A stretch of 64,000 nucleotides of DNA from the human T2T-CHM13v2.0 reference genome, Homo sapiens: the NCBI RefSeq assembly GCF_009914755.1, contig NC_060936.1; one strand, written 5' to 3'. The position numbers and the translations under genes are program-made. Position 1 is the first letter of the stretch. Every line of letters begins with the position of its first letter. A model generated the notes under the pieces. The model was not told the DNA's origin and made no database searches. It was given only the letters and a program-made list of their open reading frames with translations. Positions 40,963 through 58,755 of this stretch are shown piece after piece.

Positions 40963-43157
40963 TTCGGGGTACGGCGCCGCGAGCCCAGCGCAGCCGTTGG
41001 GGGCAGTGGCCCGCGTGTGCAACCGCGCTCCCTCCCTTCCCCGCCGCCCGGCCCGCGCCGCCGCTGCCCCGCCCCGCCTGGAGCCAGCCGCGGGAAAGGT
41101 GGCGCGGACCGCGGACGGCGGCGGGGCCCAGAGCGGGCAGAGGTCTCCACAGGCCCCTTAGGAGGCTTGGATGAGTTTGGTCCCCTGGAAAGTTTGCGTT
41201 TCTGGCGCCCTAACTCTCAAGCCTCCGTTGCAGTAATTGCCACGGCAGCAACGATATTAGGCACGGCTACCCCCATTCTTTCGTTACTTATTGACGCCTG
41301 CTTCTGGGTTCTTCTTCGCATCAGCCCTTGATGACATAGCATGGTCCTCCTTTTGCATGGGGGGAACCCAAAGCCCCGAGCGGCAGTGAGTGGGTCGGCG
41401 GCGCACGGGCAGAGCGCGGGCTCCCGCACCTCCCCAGCTCGCGTACTGCACGTGGACCTCTGCGCCGCCCCCACCGAGTGAGGCTCAGGCACCCGAAGCG
41501 TCTGGAGTTGTTTTGAGGCTGTCCTCGCGTTATCTACTTCGCAGCAGGCAGGGGACCAGTGTCCCCGCACCTGTGACTGTTTTTTTTTTTTTTAAACCCA
41601 GTGTTTAAGTTCAGGAAGAACTCAGGGCTCCCCTGGACTGGGTGTGCCTGGATTTCAAGTTCTATTCAGGTGGGCTGTGACCTTGGCACTGGTCCATGTC
41701 CTCACAAATGGTTTTCTGGTAGCACCTGGACGTCCTTCCTCCTTTCTTCTCTGCCAGGAGTAAATAGATCAGCTTTCATTCTCTAGGGAGGAAAAAGATG
41801 TAGTTTACAGATGTTAGTTGAGGTCACAGTCATGAAACTTTCTCAGTTTTCATCTCCCGCGACCAGCATGTATTTAAAATGTGTGTTTTGACCGGTTAGG
41901 AAAGTGGTTTACATAGTTTATGTTGCTTTGAATGTCCCTGAATGACATATAATTAATTCACCAGTAAAGCTGTAAGCATTCAAAGCATTTGGGTTTATTT
42001 CTGTTAATCCTTCTTGGAGTTGTAAGGAAACGTGGGTGACTTGACAACCTCCTTGTGAGGTCACAGTCATTTTCATTAAGGTATAATTTTATATCTTCAG
42101 AATGGTTTGGAAAGAAATTGTCTCTTCTGAAAGCTGATGGATTCAGTAAAGTTTTTAAAATAAAAGGCATCCAGTCTGTGAGTTCTGTAGACTCATGAAA
42201 TATGGAAAAGAAAAGCAAGAATCCTTCACTAAAAGACAGCCCCTCCCACTAAAAAGGAGTGGGGTGGGAGGTTGAGGGTGTTGGGGAGGCCATTTAATTA
42301 AAAAATTGAGATTTTTGAGTTCACTGCTTCAGGCCTGGTTGGTAAAAATATTGCCACTAAAACACCTACTGCTACAAAACCCAGGGAACTTAACAAAAAC
42401 ACTGCTTTCGCTTTGTTAGATCAATCTGTTTTTCCCTTATATAAATACATGGCATTTTTCAATTGTAGTAGGTCACCTGGGGTGAAATCAGAACCATAAA
42501 ATGCAAGGCTTAGGAATCTTTATTTTTTAATAAGTGCCTCAGGTGATTTTATGGTCAAGCAAATGAGGACACCTGTACTAGGTGATGCTTTCACTGAGCT
42601 AAAGGCGGCCAATACCCACCTTTTTTGTTTTGTTTTGTTTAAATGAAAGAATGTGAAATTCACCTGCGTCCATAGCTTCATTACACATTATCATTTGCTC
42701 CGGTGTAGGGAGAGGATCCCAGGCCTTATATTGGTCCTGATTTCTTCAGATTCCCTATTAGCACGATTTCTACGAGGCCCAACACAAACCCAGTTTACCA
42801 GACCTCCGATTATACAAGAAATCTTGCAGAAGAAAGAAAAAGCAATAGGTATGTGGCTTTGGCTTTCCTTTCCAGTTCTATGCAGTGGAAAATGCTCTAA
42901 TCTGCGTCTTGGTTGCTTAGGTTTGATAGTTAAGCAGTGTAGTTATCTGCCTGATCTGTTATCTGCATGGTCTGTTCAAAGCTAAGATGCCCATGGCTAT
43001 GTAAGAAATATTTGTTCATGATGCTGATAAGCTTATAAATCAACTCAGTCATAACTGGGAACACCAGTTCCTCACATGCAATGTGTAGAAACAGTGTTTG
43101 TACTGAAGGATTAAGAGTATTAACTCACTTGGCAAGCTGAAAGCAGGTTTTATTTGA

Positions 43158-43500
<343 letters not shown>

Positions 43501-43920
43501 TAGAAGTTCAGTTTTATTATCAGGTCATGACCGTTTCTTCTCCTTTTTCCCAAGTCCTTGGCTTTTGCTTTGCTTATTGGTCTAGTTTTCCAATGGTGAG
43601 GAGGAAAAGGGAGTGAGGTCTGGAATATGTGATTTGTAGTAATGATCAGGTCTCTTTCTTTGACCCTGACCGCTGGCTTGGTCTAGTGAACTGCAGGGCA
43701 TGTCTATGAAGCAGAAATACCAAGGTTTTTTTTGTTTGTTTTTTGTTTTGTTTTGTTTTTTTTTTTAACATGAACCATTAAACTAGAACCCTCCAGGGCC
43801 ATGGCACCCTGGGCTGTGTCTGGCACATAGTACCCTGGAGATTTATAGGCACTTTTTTCCCTTGCTTTGTCAATTCCTAAAAGCTAGGTGATATTTTCTT
43901 ATAAGAAAGTTCTCAATGGA

Positions 43921-46141
<2,221 letters not shown>

Positions 46142-49029
46142 TCATTTTCCATCAGGAAATTCCATTCACCAATCACCAATCAAGGAAAAGCTGTCTTGCC
46201 TCTGAATTCTATAGCTGATTGAATTTGGCCACTTTGTGTATCTCTTTTAGTGTTATTTTCTCATATCGTGCAGGATTATTGCTCTAGCCATTGGACCTAT
46301 GTTATAGGTGCATTTATATATAATTCCATATCTAATCTGGGTCTACATTATTAGACTGGGACTATTACTCTATTCTGTATTCTATTTTCTTTGTATGTGA
46401 TTTTCTATTTTTTCAAATCAGGGATCCTGAGCCAGGGATCTACAGGCCACATTCAGCCACAGACAGGCTTTGTTTGGCTCACAGGTTTTCTTTTAAAATT
46501 TTTGAATTAGATGCTAGAATTTTTAAATTCTACACGTTGGGGTTTTTTCTTTAAAAATCGAAAAGTTGGCCACACTAGGCCCACGATCCCTCAAGATAGC
46601 TATCAGCTGGGACCAAGTGCAGCTTGCCTCCTGTTACAGGGTTGGTCCCAGGGTTTTCAGTATGCCCCAGACCCTACCAGTCCTTATCACCCAATCCCAA
46701 GACTTGGGCCTTTGCCATTTTTCTTGGAACATGTCTTTCTTTGGTCTTATAATACAGTGAAGACAAAAATAAAATATCTTCTGTGTCTGTGTTGCTATCA
46801 AAATTTCAAAAATTGTCAGTAGCTAATACAAAGAATGAGTTATCCTCTCAAACAGCTTACTCTGCCCAACGAGGTGCTAAGTTCTATACATCTCGTTCTG
46901 ACTTCCTGATGATGCTGTGAGGTGGGTGTTTGGTGCTTTTGCTTTCTTTAGGTTTGATTTCAAATAAGTATATTCTTCTTTGTAATATATTTTGAAATTC
47001 ATGGTAACTCTTGATTAGAATAATATCTTTTATGGAATAAACTAAGACAAAAATAAGAGTGTTACATGAAAATGCATAATTCCTCTGCATGCTTCAAGCC
47101 ACCTCTTTTTTATGTCACAGATTGATTTGGGTGGGTGGGGGGGAGCTCTTCCTTTGTCCACAAAAGGGCCTTTTTAAATAGTTCGTTGCTCAACTGAGAA
47201 TCCAAACTTGTACTTTTCACTGCAAACAGCTTTATCCTGCAAACACCCAGCAACCGTGAGTGGTTTTAAAGAACTGCTTAGAGAACTTTCTTTCAGTCTT
47301 ACTACTATTGTGTGTTCGGATCATGCTCCCCAGTAACAAAAAGCAGCGTGTTCACTCACCAACAGCCCATTCCCAAGATTCTAGATGGGGCCTTTCCCAT
47401 CTCTTCCCATTTGTGTCTGAAGTGAGGTGAACGTGAAACCAGGGCGTATAAACTTGTTCCAATATAGCACTCCCCAGATACTTGCCTCATAACAATCCTG
47501 GCTGTTTGTTTTAGAAATGGTAATGTATCATTGTAACAAATTATACTTAAAAATCATTTAGTGTGAAATTGCAGATTAATCCCATAGGGATGGGGTATTA
47601 ACAATCCCCCAGCCTTTTGGAGCATACAGATGGTGAATCTAGGGTTTACAATAGGAACAATCGCTGATTACATGCATGGGTGTAACGGACAAAAAGACCC
47701 CCACAACTTGGGCCTGGAGAATACGGTGGAGGTCCTAGCGCCTGACTTGTTTGGGACCCTCGGGTCCCTAAGAATGTGTTTCATCATCTTGCATATGTGA
47801 AATTCTGCAGTCTGTTCTGTGAGCTTTGAAACCTACCAAGTGCATATATAGAAATGTTCTTTCAGTGTGCTTAGCTTTTGTGCTTAGATTCCATTTGAAT
47901 TTGTTTAAAGAGCAACTGCACAGTGGAGGAGGCAGTGAGGGTTTGGTAGATGTGCTTTGCTGATAGTTCATTATCAAAACCATACCTGCAGATTCACTAA
48001 TCATCAGGAAGGAAGTTGTCATGCATTGCATGAGCTGGGATGTGTTGATTGCCTCAAAAATTAATCTGCCCTTGAGATGAAAAGGACTGACTCTGAAATA
48101 CAATTCTCCTGATTTTGAAACTGTCACTTGCCTGACTCACTGTAAACTCCATGACATGCTTGATGTTGAGAATGAAAATGGCACACTTATACGCACAATC
48201 TTGAATGCAGATCACTTTACAGTAGTGGCCAGCCAGTATGTGCTGGAGACTGAAATAACCAAGTAATAAGTCTGTTTCTATTTAAATAATTTAATTTTTT
48301 AGAGAAACAGTGTCTCATTACCCAATTGTTCACTAAAAATTTAAATCAGAGAGTAACCATTTCGATAGTAATTTAAGTTCAAGTAAGTTCTCCTAATCTC
48401 TATTTGATTTCAGATGCAAAGATGAGAAATAACTTTGCAGTCAGGAGAATATATTCTCAGAGAAAAATACACTTCCCCTGGCCTTTTTCAGGGCTTCTCA
48501 AGAAACCCTTTATTCCAATGAACTGTTGTTTATCCTAAGTATTATTTTTCCACCCACCTTTTTGATGTAGGGCTCACAGCAACATAAAAGTACAGGCAAT
48601 GTTGCACCTGAATGTCTGTGTCTGGCTGAAGACAGAGCTTTGTTTCCTTTTAGGGATACAGCCTCCACTCTGGTTTTAAGGCTTATCCCTGAACCCAGCC
48701 AGGGATTTGGGACAGCGTTGGACCAGCTGAGTATTAATGACAGTGTCCTCTCTATTGGGCCAAGTAATTACCCTCCCAGAAGGGCTTTACAGCTCTGTCT
48801 TGAGAGGATGCTTGTAAGCTTCTCAGGGTAATTCTAGAGGTGCTGTGCAACTGGTCCTCGTTTCAACTGTGTCTCTCAGGCACTGGGTCTGGATAACATC
48901 TTGTTCAGAATGACCAGGGTAGCCTTTGTCGTCATGGTTATCAATGACATTTATGACATTATGCAGCAAGATTTATTCCCTGGAAAAAGTCTGTTCTGTC
49001 AGGTTTAAAACGTACATTAAAGTATCGAA

Positions 49030-50580
49030 CAAAACATATAGTTGTTGGTACATAGCTTAAAAAAGCAAGGAGTGGTCAAAGCTGAACAAATTTAGGTTAT
49101 AACCCAAAGTATAAAACAAGTATCTGTGAGTAAATGCTGATTAAAGAAATATTTACATGGAGGAGAAGTAACAAATATTTCTTAGAATCCCAATGTAACC
49201 ATATTTCTTATGCTACATTAGAACAAGTTTATATTTATTATAAAATAAATATTTCTTAGAAAAGAATTTATAAATATTCCTTATAAATGTAGCTGCTCCT
49301 TCCCCTAGGAGGTAGAGGCTAATTTTCCCTTCACTCCTTCCCTTCACTGTTTGGCTGGTCTTGGTGATTGGCCTCCAAATAACAGAGTATGGAGAGGAAT
49401 AAAAAGTAGCTTTGCAGTGGAGCAGGCTGGCACACATGACCTTGACCAAGTGATAAAAGTTAAGGTCAGCAGCACTGTCAGTGGCTCTCATGCTTCCCCA
49501 ATAAATGATGAAGGCACAGAGGTGCTTCACCTCCATGCTATTCTTCCCAAAAATCTATAACCCCAGTCAACTCATGAGGAAAAACATCAGACAACCCCAA
49601 GTTGAGGCACATTCTACAATAGACTGGACCAACACACTCCAAAATTGTCAAGGTCATGAAAAACAAGGAAGCAGGAGACACTGTCCCAGACCAGAAGCGA
49701 CTGGGTGGGCATGAATGCAGTGTGGTGCCCTGGGTTGGATCCTGCAGCAGGAAGAGAACATTTCTGAGGAAGGTGGTAAAGTCCAAATCAAGTCTGGAGT
49801 TTACATAGGAATGTGCCAAAGTGGATGTCTTACTTGTGAGAAATGTACCATGGTAATGTGAAATGATGGGCGGGAGTGAGGGGAGGGGAAATCAGGTGCG
49901 AGGCATTTGGGAACTCTCTGCGTTTTTTTTGTTTTTTTTGTTTTTTTTGTTTTTTTTTTTTTTTTTTTTGCAACTTTTCTGTCATTCTAAAATCATTCAA
50001 AACCAAAAAGTGTATTTAATCAAGAAAATGATACATCCATGTTCTAAGCGTATACCCAAAACAATGGAAAGCAGGATCTCAAAGAGATATTTGCATACTC
50101 ATGTTCATAGCAGCATTATTCACAATAACCAAAAGGTGGAAGCAACCCAACAACCCAACTGCCCATCAACAGATGAATGGATAAACACAACGTGGCTTCT
50201 CCATGCAATGGAATATTCAGTCTTAACAAGGAAATTCAGGCACGTGCAAGAGCATGGATGAACTTTGAAGATGTTACACTAAGGGAAATAAGCTAGTCAC
50301 AAAAAAGGCAGACTGCATTATTCTACTTATATGAGATACACACAGTAGTCAGACTCAGAAACAAATTAGAATGGTAGTTGTCAGGGGGCTGGGGGAAGGG
50401 AAAAAATGGGAGTGCTTGTTTAATAGATATAGAGTTTCTGATTTTCAAGATGGAAAAACTTCTGGAGATCTGGTGCACAAGGTGAATGTAACACTAATGA
50501 ACTGTACACTTAGAATGGGTTAGTTGGTAAACAATGTTAGGTGGTGGTGATGGTGGTATTTTTTTACCACAGTTAAATCA
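49030..50580 (+). mobile_element. Old L1M (L1MC/L1MB-type) 3' fragments
   Basis: atgttcatagcagcattattcacaataaccaaaaggtggaagcaaccc...gatgaatggataaac; actaatgaactgtacactta. Confidence 0.7.
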
Positions 50581-50605
50581 AGGAAATGAGTATAACAATT
50601 ATACA

Positions 50606-50860
50606 AGTTAGGAAAACCTTTGCTTGCCATGAGAAAGGTCTATGGCAAAGTTCTCAGTCTTGGTGTTAAAGACATTTGGGGCTGGATGATTTTTTGTTTG
50701 GGGGCACTTTCTGGGTGTTGTAGGATATTTAGTGGCTCCCTGGATTCTAGCCACTAGATGTTAGATGTTGCCCACATCATAACGAGCAAAACTACCTCCA
50801 GATAATGATAAATGTTCCTTGGGGCTCAGGAGCAAAATTGCCCCCAGCTTAGAACCACTG
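50606..50860. mobile_element. MER20 (hAT-Charlie)
   Basis: gacatttggggctggatgatt...tgtaggatatttagtggctccctgg...aaattgcccccagcttagaaccactg. Confidence 0.7.
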
Positions 50861-51006
50861 GCCTTAGAAGACTGGAGAGGAAACAGAACAGATTGTTTTT
50901 GTTTTGTTTTGTTTTGTTTTGAATTACTAAATTGGCTAGACTTTCATTGTCTAATATGGTAGCCATGAACCATACGGGGCTATGTAAATTTAAAATAAAA
51001 TTTATT

Positions 51007-53030
<2,024 letters not shown>

Positions 53031-53511
53031 GATGGGTTAGGCAAGTGGATCAAGCAGAGAGCCAGATATGAGCTGGCTCTCTTTATGGTCTTTAAGACCA
53101 TAAAGATGTTTACTGCTATATGAAACACTTGCATATAAATTGGATCTGTCTTCTTTATAAAGATCTCCTGGAAGCCCCACCTAAACACTCCTCCATTAAT
53201 CTTTGCCTGGAGCTGAAACTGGTTGCCTCTCCTAGCTCCAAGAGAGCCTTGAACGTCCAACACTTTACATTTCCAGCCTTTCAGAGACAAAGAACGAAGG
53301 GGTCCCTGCCTGGCCTCTGAGTCACCAGTCTGTAGTATCTACAATGCATTTCAAAATACTCAAAATATTAAGTGTTTTAATTTAACCGTATTAATGCATA
53401 TTGATTTATACATATTTTCAGTGGGGTCACAGTTACTGCTTTTTGTTTGTTTGTTTGTTTTAGGATGTGGGACAAAGCCAAGTAATGTTCTTGCTTTAAC
53501 TACACCTATAA

Positions 53512-54117
<606 letters not shown>

Positions 54118-54368
54118 CTAGGGTCAGTTTCTTTATTGTGGAATGGGGACTTAACACGTGCAAAGCAATTTGAGTACAGAATACCTTCTAGGTTTTTATC
54201 CTAGATCTTTTACAGTTTTCTCCCCTTACCAAATTTAATGGAAATTAACCCACAGGCTACATTCTCTTTGTAATACACATTGAAAGATGTCTATGCACTC
54301 GGGTTCCATTGGTTTGTCCGATGTTGAAATGAATTAATTAAAATAGCAAGTGTCATGGGCACAAAAAC

Positions 54369-54461
54369 AGAACATCCTTGCATTTCTGTTCCCACCAGCT
54401 GAGTTGAATTCTTATGAGTCACCTGTGTTTGTTGGTGGGAACAGAAATGCACGGATGTTCT
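54369..54461. repeat. Inverted repeat with 29-bp arms (28/29 matched) and a 35-nt loop
   Basis: AGAACATCCTTGCATTTCTGTTCCCACCA ... TGGTGGGAACAGAAATGCACGGATGTTCT. Confidence 0.95.
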
Positions 54462-54769
54462 AGAGAGCCCTGTTTCTCAAACTTGCCAGCCTCACTTAGG
54501 TCCCTTGAGGATCTTATTAAAAAGCAGATTCTGTTTCAGTTAAGTCTGGGAGAGGATCTGGGATTTTTCATTTCTAAGTGCTCCCAGAGGGTACTGATGC
54601 TGCTGGCCCCAGACCTAAGGTAAGAAGGTTCTAGAAGGTCTGCTGTTTTTGACAGTTCAGCATGCCTGGTAGCATCAATGTGTCCAACAGGGTATGGAAA
54701 GCAGTAACGAGTCGGGGTTTGATTCATAGAGGTCAGTTAAGAACGTCTATTCCTTATTGCTTCAGTTAC

Positions 54770-55445
54770 TCCTGGGGAGTAATAAACCACCCCAAATTTA
54801 GTGACATAAAATCACCCTTTTATTCTCACCAACTTGGTGAGCAAGGAATTCAGAAAGTGTATAATGGTTGGTCAGATGTGGTGGCTAATGCTTGTAATCC
54901 CAACATTTGGGAAGCTGAGGCGGGAGGATTCCTTGGGCCTGAGTTTGAAATTAGTCTGGGAAACATAGTGAGACCCTGACTCAAGAAAAAAAAAAAAAGT
55001 GTTCAACAGAGCTGGCTTGTCTTTGGTCTTCAATGTCTGGGACCTCAGCTAGGAAGACCCCAAGGCTGGGGTGGGAGTGACTTGATAGTTGATCTCAAGT
55101 CATACTAAGACTCACTCTCATGCCTGGCTCCTGGACTCGGGGCACTAAAGGATGAGGTCAACTGACCAGAATGCCTACAGGTGGCCTTTCCATGCGCTGG
55201 GCTTTCTTACAGCTTGGCGGCCTCAGGGGGCCACATGCTGCAATGGAAGCTCTGTCTTTAATCTAGCCCCGGAAGCCACACAGTGTCCCTTCTGCCACAT
55301 TCTGTTGGTTACAAGTAAGTCACAAGCCACCTAGATTCAAGGGAGAGAGTTACACTCTACCTTTTGATAGGGGAGTGGCAAGATGTAGAACAAGTGGGAT
55401 GGGAGATACTGTTGTGAATGTCTTTGGAAAATCTAATCTGCCTAA
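54770..55445. mobile_element. MLT1-type LTR with an internal FLAM/Alu fragment (54870-54998)
   Basis: aaaccaccccaaatttagtg...tgccacattctgttggttacaagt...ctttggaaaatctaatctgcc. Confidence 0.65.
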
Positions 55446-55656
55446 CTTATTTTATAAGCTTCCCCCTGCCATGATTAAGATGCTTTTGACAAAACACCAC
55501 ACCTCTTCAATGTGTCTCTTAGGTATTAAAATTGTGTAATTGATATTAGGGTCTAAAATTCTGCTCAGGGAGCCAAGAGTGAAGATAATGGGTGAACACT
55601 GATTTCTTTCTAGATTTGTTACCTTATCTGAGAAAGAAAGTCTCAGTTCTCATTTC

Positions 55657-56957
55657 TTTTTCTTTTTCTTTTCTTTTTTTTTTTAAATTTTACTTTAAGT
55701 TCCAGGATACGTTTGCAGAATGTGCAGGTTTGTTAAATAGGTATACATGTGCCATGGTGGTTTGCTGCACCATCCAACCCATCATCTAGGTTTTAAGCCC
55801 TGCATGCATTAGATATTTGGCCTAATGCTCTCCCTGTCCTTTTCCCCTACCCTCCAACAGGCCCTGGTGTATGATGTTCCCCTCCCTGTGTCCCTGTGTT
55901 CTTATCGTTCAACTCCCATTTATGAGTGAGAACAAGTGGTGGTTGGTTTTCTGTTCCTGTGTTAGTTTGCTGAGAATGATGACTTCCAGCCTCATCCATG
56001 TCCCTGCAAAGGACATGATCTCATTCTTTTTATGGCTGCATGGTATTCCATGGTGTATATGTACCACATTTTCTTTATCTAGTCTATCATTGCTGGGCAT
56101 TTGGGTTGGTTCCAAGTCATTGCTATTGTAAATAGTGCTGCAATAAACATACATGTGCATGTGTCTTTATAGTAGAATGATTTATAATCCTTTGGGTATA
56201 TACCCAGTAATGGGATTGCTGGATCAAATGGTATTTCTGGTTCTAGATCCTTGAGGAATTGCCACACTGGCTTCTACAATGGTTGAACTAGAACAAGCGA
56301 TGGGGAAAGGATTCCCTATTTAATAAATGGTGCTGGGAAAACTGGCTAGCCATATGCAGAAAACTGAAACTGGAACCCTTCCTAAAAATATCTTATACAA
56401 AAATTAAGATGATTAAAGACTTAAGTGTAAAACCCAAAACCATAAAAACCCTGAAAGAAAACCTAGGCAATACCATTCAGGACATACGCATAGGCAAAGA
56501 CTTCATGACTAAAACACCAAAAGCAATTTCAACAAAAGGCAAAATTGACAAATGGGATCTAATTAAAGAGCTTTTGCACAGCAAAAAAAGCTAGCATCAG
56601 AGTAAACAGGCAACCTACAGAATGGGAGAAAAATTTTGCAATCTATCCATCTGACAAAGGGCTAATATCCAGAATCTACAAGGAATTTAAACAAATATAC
56701 AAGAAAAACCCATCAAAAAGTGGGCAAAGGATATGAAGAGACCCTTCTCAAAAGAAGACATTTATGCGGCCAAGAAAACATGAAAAATAGCTCATCATCA
56801 CTGATCATTAGAGAAATGCAAATCAAAACCACAATGAGATACCATCTCACGCCAGTCAGAATGTCTATTATTAAAAAGTCAGGAAACAACCAATGTTGGC
56901 AAGGCTGTGGAGAAATAGGAACGCTTTTACACTGTTGGTGGGAGTGTAAATTAGTTC
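55657..56957 (-). mobile_element. 5'-truncated, 5'-inverted L1 (L1PA7/8-like)
   Basis: Poly(T) and antisense L1 3' UTR/ORF2 end at 55657-56290, then a sense ORF2 fragment at 56291-56957. TSD agttctcatt(t)cttt at 55645-55659 and 56953-56966. Confidence 0.9.
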
Positions 56958-57450
56958 TCATTCTTTAAGGCTTACACAAGACCATCCCTGATAGCAGTTC
57001 TTCGGTATTGGGTAAAGGCCCTGTCTAGAAGATATTTTCTGTGGTCCAAGGAGACTGCTATCTGAGGCCCTGTCAGCATGCAGCAGTGCTTACCTGAAGA
57101 GGTGAATCAGACTTCTCGGGCACAACCTGCTGGCCTGCCGGTGCCTGTCCAGGCATCCTCCTCATCCACCAGATGAATGATTCCATCACTGTCCAGTTGC
57201 CCAGGGCCCCAGAAGTTTGTATGTTTCTAGATCACTTCCTGCTGCATCCTCTCTCCCTACTTCCATGCTGTCTGTCATCCCTTCTTGGTCTTTCTTCTCC
57301 CATTCCCAGGCTAGTGGGTCTTGGGAACACACCATTCCTCCACATGGGGGATGAGGAAGGAACTCTTCATCCATGCTACCCCACATTCTGTTGGTTACAA
57401 GTGAGTAACAAGCCACCTAGATTCAAGGGAGGGAATTAGACTCTACCTTT

Positions 57451-57793
57451 TTTTTATATTTTATTTTATTTTATTTTATTTTATTTTATTTTATTTTATT
57501 TTATTTTATTTTTTGAGACAGCATCTCACTCTGTTGTTCAGTCTGAAGTGTAGTGGCACAATCTTGGCTCACTGCAACCTCCGCCTCCTGGGTTCAAGCA
57601 ATTCTCCTGCCTCAGCCTCCTGAGTAGCCGGGATTACAGGCATGTCACCATCCCCGGCTAATTTTTGTATTTTTAGTAGACATGGGGTTTCGCCACGTTG
57701 CCCAGGCTGGTCTCAAATCCCTGGCTTCAAGCAATTCATCCACCTCGGCCCCCAAAGTGCTGGGATTACAGGCATGTGCCACCATACCCGGTC
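57451..57793 (-). mobile_element. AluS with an (ATTTT)n tail
   Basis: TSD tagactctacctttt at 57437-57451 and 57794-57808. Confidence 0.9.
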
Positions 57794-58079
57794 TAGACTC
57801 TACCTTTTGATGGGGGAATGGGCAAGGTTTAGAAGAGCAAGTGGGATGGGAGGCACTATTGTGACCATCTTTGGAAAATCTATTCTGCCAAACTTATAAA
57901 CTTTCCCCCCACTCTATGAATAAGATACCTTGGACAAAATACACCTCTTCAATACATCTCTTAGATATTAACACTGTTATTACATTAGAGTTTAAAATTT
58001 TGCTCATGGAGCAAGGAGGAGGAGGGAACTCTTCCTTTATGCTACAGTAGAATGTGTCCCCAGCTCCTGTAGTTATTTA

Positions 58080-58095
58080 ATTTTTCTTTTCTTTT

Positions 58096-58126
<31 letters not shown>

Positions 58127-58755
58127 GAGACAGAGTCTCCCTCTGTCACCCAGGCTGGAGTACAGTGGCTCAATCTCAGCTCCCTGCAACCTCTGCCTCC
58201 TGGGTTCAAGCAATTCTCTGCCTCAGCCTCCAAAGTAGCTGGGATTATGGGCACCCACCACCATGCCTGGCTAATTTTTTTTGTATTTTTAGTAGAGATG
58301 GGGTTTTACCATCTTGGCCAGGCTGGTCTTGAACTCCTGACCTTGTGATCCACCCGCCTCGGCCACTCAAAGTGCTGGGATTACAGGCGTGAGCCACCGT
58401 GCCTGGCCTTCTGTAGTTATTTTAAAAAGGAAGAAAAAGTGCTGGCTGGGTGCGACGGCTCACGCCTGTAATAACTGCACTTTGGGAGGCCGAGGGTGGA
58501 TCACTGAGGTCAGGAGTTTGAGACCAACCTGGCTAACACGGCAAAACCCTGTCTCTACTAAAAACATAAAAATTAGCCAGGTGTGGTGGCAGGTGCCTGT
58601 GATCGCAGCTACTCAGGAGGCTGAAGCAGGAGAATCACTTGAACCCAGGAGGCAGAGGTTGCAGTGAGCAGAGATTGTGCCACTGCATTCCAGCCTGAAA
58701 GAGCAAAACTGTCTCAAAAAAAAAAAAAAAAAAAAAAGAAAGAAAAAAAAGAAAA
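58080..58755. mobile_element. Head-to-head inverted AluS pair (58080-58408 minus; 58444-58755 plus)
   Basis: Two Alus in opposite orientation about 35 bp apart. Confidence 0.88.

Larger units (their letters stand above)
39920..41570. promoter_or_regulatory. CpG island / FOXN4 promoter (possibly bidirectional)
   Basis: Very high GC and CpG density, GC boxes (GGGGCGGGG at ~40381-40389), an NRF1-like GCATGCGCA at 40242-40250, and it overlaps exon 1. Confidence 0.9.

Noticed and set aside
40281-41331. Long Ala/Arg/Gly-rich ORFs (155-289 aa) on both strands
   Set aside because: Expected in a CpG island with a GGC repeat; mostly non-ATG starts and no recognisable domain.
55871-56968. L1 ORF2-like peptides
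   Set aside because: Fragments of a truncated, inverted and mutated L1; not a functional gene.
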